From Bilabrum cf. latius (taxonomy: Eukaryota), in assembly GCA_965178125.1 (NCBI GenBank), contig OZ237749.1, forward strand, positions 1,178,001 to 1,200,551: 22,551 bases of DNA, given 5' to 3'. The position numbers were made by a program, and so were the translations under genes. The notes under the pieces were generated by a model that saw only the letters and a program-made list of their open reading frames with translations, did not search any database and had not been told where the DNA came from. Position 1 is the stretch's first letter. Each line of letters begins with the position of its first letter. Positions 10,477 through 20,926 of the stretch are shown here, piece after piece.

Positions 10477-13400
10477 TCACCTCCGCTTGCCCCGCATCTC
10501 CTTGGAGCGGTGCCTCTTCATGCCCTCCTGGTGCTGCTTGCGGGATGCCTGCTTTTTCGCATGAGCACGCCGCAAACCTGCCTCATCCAGCGCCAGCCCG
10601 TTCCCCTGCTCCCGGCGACTGCCTGCCCCCTTCCCGGAGCCGCCCCTGCCTTGTCCACTAGCGCGCCCTGCACCGGCACTCGGCCGGCGCTGCGAAATAT
10701 CGCCAGCCCGTGCGGCTAGCGGGATGGCGCGGCTCCTGCCCTTGCCCTTCTGCCTCCAGTCCATCTTTGGAGCAGCACCAACAGCCGCGGCATCATCATC
10801 ACCATCCCCCCGGGCCCTGTTGGTCGCGTCCCCGATGCTCCGCTTGGTGTCCTTGGTCCACCGACGATACAGCTCGCCGTGCTCCTTACCATCCGACCGC
10901 ACCACGGCGCCGCTCTCTGTTCTCAATCGCTTGTCGCCTCGGCGGTCTGCTGCCTCCCCGTCTGTAAGTCTCACGTACTTGCGCTTGCGCTTGTCCCAGT
11001 GCAGTCGCTGCTACTGCGCCGCCATATCTTTCTGGTCATCAGCAACCACATCCACGACAGAGCTCTCCAGACGGGTGAAGCCCTCGATACCCGAAGCAGC
11101 CCCTCCCCTCGTTGCAGTCTCGCTGTTCGCCACCCTGTGCACCTGCATCGCGCTGGCCTCCCGGCGCTCCTCCGCGCTGGGGCCTTGCTGCACGAACAGA
11201 GCCGGGTCCCGGAATGCGCCAGTGGCCAGATCGATGTTGGAGGCGCCAACCCCGGCCTACTCCAAGTGCATGGCAGCCTCCAATGCAGCGCGCCGCCTAG
11301 CTGCTTTGGATCCTTTGCCGGCGCCGCGGTCAGCTCGCTTCATTGAACGCAGATGGACAGATGAGCGGCTTGCGCCCTTGCTTACCCGCGATGTTTCCCC
11401 AGCTGAGGAGCCGTTTTCATCGTCCGAGGCGCTACTGTCCTCCGACTCCGGACTCTTCTTCTTTGCAGCCGCCATCCTCTCCGCCGTCCTCTCTTTTTTC
11501 CTGGCAGCTGCGAGCGCCTCGCCCTTGCCCCACAAATCCTGCCGGGTCGTGTGCCTCCGCCGAGCAGCCTCCATGATTGCAGCCCCATGGTCTCGCTTCA
11601 CCTTGCTGCCGTCCGTCTCCAATATGGTCTGCTTGGGACGAAAGGCACGCAAAGACTCGATCGTCACTTGGTCCGCTCCTGCTGCAAGCCCTGCCGCAGA
11701 AGATGAGGAGGAGGAGGCTGGCTAGTCAGCATCCCCCCTACCGGACAGAATATCGTCCGCGACCGCCTGAGCAAGCCGACGAGCATGCGCACCGACAGCC
11801 TCGGCCTTGCCCCTCCGGCGGCCGCTGCTCTTGGACTTCACTGGGGCAGGTGCCGCCCCTTGCGCCAGAAGCAGAGGGTGCTCCGTGGCAAAAATGCGCC
11901 GCTCCAACCGCCGCACCTCGGCTGCTCCTCGCCGCGTTGCCTCCCTGCAAGCGCGCCTGTAGGCCTGCATGCCTCGTGCCGCTGTCTTGAGCTGGGACCG
12001 CATTGTATCGCTGTGCTTGAGGGCCTGTTCTTGTTCCTCCAGCAAAGCAGCGCGCACCGGTGCTGGCACCCCGCCCACATGCACGTCGAGCGGCGTCATC
12101 GTTGCAATATTGTACTGCAGCTGCCTCTAGCCACTGCCAGCTGTGTCAGCTGAGTCGGTCAACCGCGCCACGGACACATCCTCTGTTGCGGCACCCGAAC
12201 TAGCTACCTCTGCCTGCTCCGCTGGCTCTACTTCTTGGCTGCCCGGTAGTGGCAGCAAAATATCATCCAGGTCGTGCCCTAGAAAAGCGGCGCAATCGGC
12301 CAAGTACGGCGCGTCAGCCGGTGAGACGAACTATATGGCAGTTCCTGACCTGCCTTGTCTGGCGACTCGACCGCACCTGTGCACAAACAGCTTGGGCTGG
12401 TCCGGCATGTCGAACTGCACCACGTTGTCCAGCAGAGGGAGGTCGACGCCTCGGGCTGCCACGTCTGTTACAATCATCACACGAGCCTGCTTTCTCCGGA
12501 ACACCTCCATGTGCGCTCGTCGCGCGGCAGCATCCATCGAGCCAAAGATGGCGATGACACCGCCGGTGCCCGTGGAGGCAGTGCGCACGTCCTCTTCCTG
12601 CAGTGCGCGAGTCTCGCGGGCCGCGTCTGCAGCTGCGCGGTTGCGGTACTTTCCCGCCGCGCTGCCGCCAGGCTTGGCCCCTTTGGCAGCCCCTCCGGCC
12701 CCTGCACCCGAGCCGGCTGCCCGGACGCAGTCGTTCGGGACAGAGCAGGCCCGCAGGAACTGGAGGAGGAGCTCAGCCTGGTGCTTAGTAGCAACGAAAA
12801 CCATGGCCTGCTGGTCGGTAGGAATCACAGCACGCAGCACATACAGCAATAACCCCAACTTTGCATGAGTTTGCACTCCGAAGAAAGCGAGTCGGAGCTA
12901 GTCGCTGATCTTGGACTCGGCGTCGAGGCGAATCATAGCCGGGTCTCGGAGCCCAGCGCGAGCGAACTCTGCTACTCTGCGAGGCAGCGTCGCGGAGAAC
13001 AACAGCGTCTATCTGGCAGGCGACACCCTGGCCAGGATCTCCCGGAGCTGGTCGGCAAACCCCTGCTCAAACAGTCGGTCTGCTTCGTCGAACACGAGGT
13101 ACTCGACTGCGTTCAGGCTAAACTCATCCTTGGGAATTTCTGCCAATAAGTGCATAAGTCGGCCCGGGGTACTGACAACTAGATCGGGCGCAGTTGCCAA
13201 AGCTTCAAACTGAGCTGTCATGGAGTCTCCGCCTACCAGCAGGGCGCACCGGCAAGAAGCAAACCTACCCAGCTACAGAGCAAATTTCATCGTCTGTTGG
13301 GCAAGCTCCCTAGTTGGGGAAAGAACCAATACCCTAGGCCATTTCAAATTGCTTCCGCGTTGCTCAACTGACTTTCCTCCCTCGGTTGCCGCTGAGGACT

Positions 13401-13845
13401 TTTGCCGCAGCCCCTTGGTGCCAGCGAGAATACGCTGCAAGCCAGGCAACAAAAATGCAGCTGACTTGCCTGATCCAGTTCTTGCCATTGCTACGATATC
13501 CTTTCCAGATAACGAAATTGGAAGTGTTTGTGCCTAGATCTGCGTAGGCTCGTTGTACTTCAACTGCTTAATGCCTTTCAGCAGCAGAGAATCTAGCCCG
13601 AAACTCGACCATATCTCTTTTCTCTACCTCTTCTTAGCTTTTTTTGAGGTCTAGTCTGGGTTGCCTTCTTCTACTGGCACAGTTTGTACCTGTCCCGCTG
13701 GTTTGGAAAGCACGCTTGCGGCTGCCGAATTTGCCCTTGCACCTGACACCACCGCATTGCTCGTTGCTTTTGCAGTCAAAGATGATTGCGCCTGCTAGAG
13801 CTCTCTCTCGAAGTCTACTTCTGCGAGTCCCGCAGCCAGATCCAT
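10477..13845 (-). CDS. DDX54: DEAD-box RNA helicase DDX54/Dbp10, about 1122 aa, apparently intronless
   Basis: Q motif [81 protein letters not shown], and the Dbp10 C-terminus WDKRKRKYV...RTESG...GELYRRW. Twelve in-frame TAGs (plus-strand CTA at 13795, 13651, 13624, 13534, 13273, 13009, 12898, 12331, 12127, 11722, 11257, 11011); stop TGA 10479-10477. Confidence 0.95.
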
Positions 13846-14144
13846 CTAGAATTCTGTTCCTACTCAATGCTTTGGTGAAACTGCAAGTGCAGTAATTTGT
13901 TGCCCACCGGAACGAACGTTCTCTTGCTTGACGTGGCAATATTTGTTGTGCCCAAATACGGTAATAATTCTTTTATTAGATGATATCGTATATAGTTCAC
14001 AGTTCAACTCCACTTCGGCGGAGGCTTTCCGGCTAGCTCCTCTCATGCCTTTTACCTGAGAGGAACACGGTTTGCCTCGTTACGCTAACGATATGAAAAT
14101 TTTGGACACTTCTCTTCGGAGACCCGTTTCTCGTGAATTTAGAT

Positions 14145-16856
14145 TCAAGTCGGTGGAGACCACTTCCGCATTTCCTTTTGGACGGTCGCTGCGTACCGCT
14201 CCGGCGAGAAGCTTGTGCGTAGGTCAGGCAGCGGCGCTGGTGGCATGGCCGGTATGCCTTCCAAATGCTCGGCCTGTGCCTCTGACCTCTCGCGAACTCC
14301 ATGTGCAACGCCAAGAATAGATGCACCACTAGCTGGTCCTCTCGTAGCCACCAGCCGCCCGGTACTTGTCCCAATGCCTTCCAATGCAGGTGTACCTGCC
14401 AGTGCAGCTGCCGCTGCAACTCTCTCGTTGGACCGGGCCACTGCCTGCATCAAGTCGATCTCCACTGCTTTAAATCTACTTTGACTGCCCACTTCATAAT
14501 TACCGGCAGCTATAACTCCACCAACACTCTCTACGCCCACACGCGCACCTTGATGACGTGCGCCGCCACGCCTAATGTCCGCAGCCTGGACTGGTGCCAT
14601 GTCCGCAGAGGCCACACCCTGGACTGGTGCCATGTCCGCAGAGGCCACACCCTGGACTGGTGCCATGTCCGCAGAGGCCACACCCTGGACTGGTGCCATG
14701 TCCGCAGAGGCCACCTCCTGGACTGGTGCCATGTCCGCAGAGGCCACACTCTGGACTGGTGCCATGCCCGCAGAGGCCACACTCTGGACTGGTGCCATGT
14801 CCGCAGAGGCCACACCCTGGACTGGTGCCATGTCCGCAGAGGCCACCTCCTGGACCGGTGCCATGCCCGCAGAGGCCACACCCTGGACTGGTGCCATGTC
14901 CGCAGAGGCCACCTCATGGACTGGTGCCATGCCCGCAGAGGCCACCTCCTGGACTGGTGCCATGCCCGCAGAGGCCACACTCTGGACTGGTGCCATGTCC
15001 GCAGAGGCCACACTCTGGACTGGTGCCATGTCCGCAGAGGCCACACCCTGAACTGGTGCCATGCCCGCAGAGGCCGCACTCTGGACTGGTGCCATGTCCG
15101 CAGAGGCCACACCCTGGACTGGTGCCATGTCCGCAGAGGCCACACCCTGGACTGGTGCCATGTCCGCAGAGGCCACCTCTTGGACTGGTGCCATGTCCGC
15201 AGAGGCCACACCCTGGACTGGTGCCACGCCAACTGATTCAATTATTACTGGAGACCACTGAGTGCGCTGACGCAGATTCTAGCCTACTTTACTACTGAAT
15301 CGAGGCGTATGGTCCATTCCTCTCTCCGATTGCAGGTGCGTGTGCTGCACCGGAGGGGTGTGCTTCCAAGAGCTGCCAGAGCAGAAAGCTGGGGAGACAG
15401 TCTCTCGACCAGAGCCCAGCCGTGCGCGAGCATCATTCCCCTGCTAATCATGCAGTGGCCCAATAGAGTTGCCGACGACAACCCCCAGGCGAGCCAGTCG
15501 TCGACGCAACCGTGCCACCGTTATCTCAGGGTCCTCTACCTTAATCGCCTCCAATGTGGGGTACATGCTAGCGGATCCAACTCCAATCATGTTCTCTAGT
15601 TCCGGTGCAGCTTTGCTTGACGATGAATCTGAGGCACTACCCCGACCTGCCGTCAGGTACTACACAGTCTCAAGCGGCTATATATCTACAGGATGCATGC
15701 GGCGATCCTAGTCCAACCTTAATTGCTGCGCTAGTTGATCAGCAGGACTTGGTTGCAACGATGTGCATGCAGCAGATACGGCCGTCAGCCTCATGCTGGT
15801 TGCCGCCGGGGCAACACCCGTGTCCGTCCTACGCTTGGGTGTGCCTGTTTCGGAAAGCAGATGGCCACGAGTTGCGCCCGAATCTGTTTCTCGCATGGCG
15901 GAGAGATTTCTAGCATCACTATTGGTGGCCTTACCTCTCAGAGCCACATCAATAATGTCGTGCTTTGCGGTCATGCCTCCCACCGCTGTCGCAACCGCCG
16001 CATCACGAGGCTCACACATTCCAGGCAGGATTGACTACGGACTGTGCACCGGGCTGTGCATGCCACCCCTTTCTTCTTGAGATCCCACCCTATCTGGAAC
16101 ATAGGATTTGGTGGCTTCGTCATATCTGAACTTGGCTCTCGTTCTTCGCACTTCCGACCTGGATAGGGGCAGAGCTGGTACCACTGGGGTAGGATCCTAG
16201 CACCCACGCGAGCGAGCCGCTTCATCATCACAAACTATATCACCGTGACGACGGCTGTGTTGTACTTCAATTTCCGCATGGCTCTCCTGCTTGCCAGGAG
16301 GTCCACCCCCACATGATTCGGGCACTGCTGCTTCGGACTACCGTGTCAGCGCATCTGCTCCAACTATGGATGTGTGCGGCAATGAACTATCAGTTCGCAC
16401 TATCGATGCAAGGTCTCCAAGTAACTTTCGAGCTGTTCGAGGTGATGCCGACTGCAAGATGGCACCAAGAGCGTCGCCGCGGTCCCTGCTAAAGAATGAA
16501 GTTGCTGAATGGCTACTGCGCGCCGAATCCACGGAAGTTAATCCATCCACATAATCAATACGCGCGCGATCCTGTTGTCCAGAGCTTGATTCTATTTCAA
16601 GAGACGGTTTGCGGGACGATGCTGGCGGGGACGAAGATCGACGAGGGTAGCCCGGACTAGCATGAACCCTGCTGTCTTCCCCGACTCTGTCTTCACGCTT
16701 CGATGGTGGTGCCCTTCTGCGTGGGAAAGACTGTTTGAATCTGGGAATCGAGGTCCCACGCTATATGCCGCGACATGCACACCAATATTATTAGCACAAA
16801 AATCATCGAACTCACAAAAATCGCTATCTGTAGTACTCCAAATCAATTGACGCCAT
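14145..16856 (-). CDS. Orphan low-complexity protein with an 11-aa tandem repeat, about 878 aa, exons 16856-16816 and 16740-14145
   Basis: One minus-strand frame has no TAA/TGA from 16787 to TGA 14147-14145. The spliced model has 9 in-frame TAGs. The first exon MASIDLEYYR*RF is joined by a GTGAGT...CCCAG intron. No recognisable domain. Confidence 0.7.
14586..15227. repeat. Coding minisatellite, 33-bp unit, 19 full copies plus a partial, encoding MAPVQ(G/E/S)VASA(D/G) on the minus strand
   Basis: Head-to-tail copies of CTGGACTGGTGCCATGTCCGCAGAGGCCACACC with point variants and no indels. Confidence 0.97.
16741..16815 (-). other. Predicted spliceosomal intron (75 nt)
   Basis: GTGAGT donor and CCCAG acceptor in compatible phase; it supplies the ATG missing from the long frame. 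Confidence 0.6.
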
Positions 16857-17008
16857 GCTATGCTTTAGTCGACAAATTGTGTGGATATTATATCTATACG
16901 GTACCTCTCAATGACCTACTCGACGACCTTTCGTTTCGAATTGCATTATGAGGATCGAACCTTCGCTGGCCTGGCGGTGGATTCGGTTCATTTAATCACT
17001 GTGCTGCG

Positions 17009-20000
17009 ATGGCAACAACGTCTGGATTCGATCCAGCATTCGCTCATCTTGCTAAGATTGGTGCTGATCTCCGCGGTACATCGAGTCAATCAAGACCACG
17101 AGCAGATCAGCTAGGAACCGCGATATAGTGCTTACCAGCCTGTCTGCATCTTTTTGCGGTTGCCCTGCTTGACTAGACCCGCGCTGGTCCCAGTAAAGGT
17201 GCTTATCATATGGATATGATATGCCAGCAAGTTTCAGACTATGTCATTTCGGCTTTGCAAACGACAGACACACGCTGTCCAACGTGGTGCATAGATTGTT
17301 TTGGGAATTGCTCCACGCTTCTTCTCGCCGTTGACTAGGCCTGGAGGGACCCCAGCATACTTTCAGCTGTGCTATGCTTTCGGGTTGCCCAGAAGTTGGT
17401 TCGGACACCGGGCGTTGAAGTCGTCCATGTGGCGGAAGGTATCGCAGGAATAGCGTTGATGCGGACCCGCGACTTGATGCATGATATCGTTGATTTCAGT
17501 CCTGCATACTGTGATGGCACCAGTCATAAAAAGCGCCCAGAGTCTAGCAGGCGATAGTCGGACCTTGGTCCTTTGAGCGCAAAGATTGGACGGAGTAGCT
17601 TAGGCGAGCCCCTCGACCCCAGTCACCTGCCGGTGGCAGCCAGCCGAGGGCGATCGGTTCCACAGTCAACTGTGTCTGGCTTTCATGGAGCTAGTCCTAC
17701 CACAGGGATTCGAGTCCAGCGAGCACTTTCTGAGCCCCTGGAGACCTTCAGGCCTGAGCGCGTGGGTGCAGGAGCTCCCAGCAGTGGTCGCAGCTTCGAT
17801 CGAACGCAGCACCTATCCAGGGCGGCATCAAGAGAGGCAGCCGGAGGCACCATGCCGACATCTCGATCGAAGCTGGACAGGGTGTCAGACATGAGTAGTA
17901 CTGACTCCGCTGGCGTAGTTCACGCATGGGTCGCTCGATGCGGCTACGCGAGGGCCGCAGTGGCTCGAGTCTTAGTGTGCTTGGAACAAGCTGACCTGCC
18001 AGGTTCGTGGGTATCAAGGTGTGCGACAGCAGCGCGAAAGAGCTGGCCGAGACTGCCAGTGTGTGCCAACGCGCGGCTAGTGGCATGTGCAATTGCAGTA
18101 GCCAGCCCAGGTGTGCTGGATCTCTTGCATTGGCAGCAGACTGTTGCAGCAGAGACTCTGAGCCGCGCGCAGCGTGCTTCCCCAAGGTCTGGAATTCATG
18201 AGAGGGTTGCTCGACCTCTAGACCGAGCCCGGCCAATCCTTGGACTGCTGCAAGAATCTTCGAGATTCGTCGCTACACGATGCGACGCGGCTGAGGTTTC
18301 GTATTTGTGGGGATTGCGGCCGCCTGCCACTGTCAATAGCAAATCTAGCTCATATGGCGCAGCCACGGGAGCGGCTTCACCGGGACAAGGGCCTCTATAG
18401 AGCTTGTTTCGGCCATTGACCATCTCTCTAGCGTCCAGGCTTTTATTGGTAACGTCATCGGGTGAGGTTGAGAGCGTTGCTATCGCCCTTCTCGAAGGTG
18501 GAATCCTTGTGTTCGGCACGGAGCAGGGACACCGCGCCCCAAGCTAGCTGTGGACGCCTGCACCGCGCCCTACACTTGCATCTAAACTGAATAGGCGACC
18601 AGTTCAAACACATGGGGTTGGCACCGCATCAGATTCCTGGATCAAGAATGCAGATATAGCCGGGCGAGTCGCATTCAACTCATCGCTAGCAAGCATCTCG
18701 ATGCTAGACGGTCGTCCCGAAAACCCTGACAAAGATGGGTGGGCAGTCCACTTTCAAGCCGAGGACTGCCAAGCCATGGCTCTTGAGCCTTCAGCAAATC
18801 AGGGTTCGGCGAGGACATAGTTCAGTTCGTGGGGCATCATTGGTGGCAACAGCATAGGGCTCGTAGCGTGCTCAGCTCCAGAGAAAACGGCTGCGTTAGA
18901 GCTGTCAAAGCTTTTGCCTGATAGAGCCAGTACTCCCATCATATGCTAGGGTGTTGAGCGAAGCATGATTCTGCTGTGCCGTGGGCAAGCTGAGGCAAAC
19001 AGCTGGAGCCTGGCAATCAAAGCCGAAATGGTGGGAGCGTGTGCTGCTGGCACCAAGTTGCCTCTACCAGCTCCAATATTGGTGCCACGTGCTTTATGGC
19101 CTCTTCGGTCTGTGCTACTCCCCGGCATTGATAAAGTTTCGGCGTAGCGTGAGTCGGCTGTGGAACCAATGCCGCCGGCTGACGCAAACGTGTTCGCGTG
19201 CGATCTGTGCGGTCGGCTAGCGCCTGGACATGGAGCGCCACCCCACGTCCCTATGCTGCTAATTCCCGACCACACGACGAATGCCTGGCCATGCAGCTGC
19301 TGCACGCAGTGTTTAAGCAGGATGGCTCTGGAGGATGACTGTGACGAGGACGTCGGCGCTCGTGACTTCGGTGCCAGGCTAGTCCTGTTGCAGAATAGAG
19401 TTGGGAGCAACCATTGCCCCTCCCGGTGCCGATTCGCGGCCTCAATGGCCTTTGGGGTGTCGAGAGACTAGGCGACTGCGTGGCTTGATGAGGCTGAACG
19501 TACTGTGATTTCCAGTGGTGCACGCGGCTAGGCTGTTCCCTCGCCACCGGGCAACTCATTGGCTCGGGCGGTGCTGTACACTATATCGTGTGGGTTACGT
19601 GTACGATTAAAAAGCGATGCGACCGTGGTGGAGCTGCATAGGCCTGATTTAGCATCCACTGACAGCCCTGCAGACACCACGTCATCAGAGCCGCAAGGTC
19701 TATCCAGCTCCGATGAGGTTCATTGGAAGAAGTGGTTTATGCCAGGTCCTGACCGCCATGCGTTTCTTCAGGGCGAGCTACGACGAGGGGCGCGCCGTTA
19801 TTGTCTGCTGGAGGAAGCCCTGTGCCTGAGGCTTCGTGCAGTTCGTTTGGATCCTTCCGTGCAGATTAGCAAGCTTGCGCTGGAGCAGCTCAGTACTCTG
19901 TGGAGACGAACTGGTCTACTCCGTGGCGATTTTGAGGCTGCAGGGCCTGCGAGACCAGTTGCAGACGACGCCGCTCATCTCAAAATACCTGCCAGTGCCA

Positions 20001-20839
20001 ACACCCCGAATGGATAGCACAGCTCTGCATCTGCCCCACAATCGAACCACCTTCATGTGCTGCGTTGGCGGTACGATTCGTACAATCGTGTTACTCGCAA
20101 GCGCGTGTGTCTAGCACCGGGCACGAGGGTCCATGTGGTGGAGCCACATCGCACGGCAGCTCTAGTAGCACAAGGCAGGGTACCTGCGTGCCCGGACCCC
20201 ATGAGCATTGAGAGCTATGTCCTCGTTTCTGTCGCACAAATGCGCGGCGTCCATGCTGCCAGCAGCTATCATGCAGCACCAGCCAGTACTACAAGCTTGA
20301 CTATTGGCCTTCACGAAGTTAGGCCGCTGGGGCCTGGCAGGGTGGAAGTACGCGATGCTAGCATAACCGAAGAAAGCCCTTCTGGAGCAGGTTCGATGCT
20401 AGCAAATCCCAGCCTCGTACGACGGCAACAAGCAGGACACTCAGGTGGCGATGCTAAGCTTGTCGATGCAGAACTGGTTTGGGTACCTCTTGACTTTTTG
20501 CGATCCCAGGGATCCAGTCTCGCAGTTAGTCCTGCTGATCTATCAGGTCTCGGATGGGATGCCTCTGCCCAGTTTGCAGCCTATGAACAGTCTGGAGTTG
20601 CCACGTACACTGCCACGGATTGGGGCTAGGACGAAAGGGCGAGTAACACATCAACCCAGGCAGGGCGCAGCCTGGAAGTACCAATTCAGGAAGGCAAGTC
20701 AGCCACGACATTTGCATCGGCAACCCCAGTACCTAGCACAGATGAGGATGATTCAGAATCACCTGACCTGGACCACAAAGGAGATGCAGTCGACTTCGAC
20801 TTGGCTAGGGGGTCGGCAGCAGCGTTTGAATGGGATTGA
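17009..20839 (+). CDS. Large orphan protein, 1276 aa; possibly a highly diverged DH-PH-Zn-finger-SH3 (RhoGEF-like) protein
   Basis: Frame +2 runs from ATG 17009 to TGA 20837-20839, interrupted only by 13 TAGs (17126, 17174, 17336, 17555, 18398, 18545, 18818, 18947, 19145, 19469, 19529, 20015, 20627). Six ORF-track fragments share this frame. Domain resemblance is weak and judged by eye. Confidence 0.75.
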
Positions 20840-20926
20840 CTTCAGAAGGTTGAACAAGTCCTTACGGAGCATCTGCTTTCACTTCAACCCTTTACTTTGC
20901 CATTGTCTACCTGTAGTCCGGTGCGA

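Noticed and set aside
217-12868. Long antisense and alternate-frame ORFs (e.g. 1492-2694 minus, 4546-5418 minus, 10724-11725 plus)
   Set aside because: Shadow ORFs of GC-rich coding sequence with no recognisable motifs.
1-13845. TAG as pyrrolysine, Trp (A-to-I editing), Leu, Tyr or Glu
   Set aside because: The diagnostic conserved columns are Gln and none is a conserved Trp, Leu or Tyr. Pyrrolysine is known only from prokaryotes and mostly in specific enzymes.
14586-15227. CRISPR-like array (33-bp periodicity)
   Set aside because: Units are head-to-tail with no unique spacers, the context is eukaryotic, and there are no cas genes.
14301-15298. Cys/His/Trp-rich ORFs in other frames of the 33-bp repeat
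   Set aside because: They are by-products of a stop-free unit whose length is a multiple of three. Only the minus-strand MAPVQ frame extends far into unique sequence.
1-20839. A cluster of pseudogenes, or C-to-T hypermutation creating stops
   Set aside because: Decay or deamination would also create TAA (from CAA), TGA (from CGA) and frameshifts. Only TAG occurs internally, on both strands, and catalytic motifs are intact.
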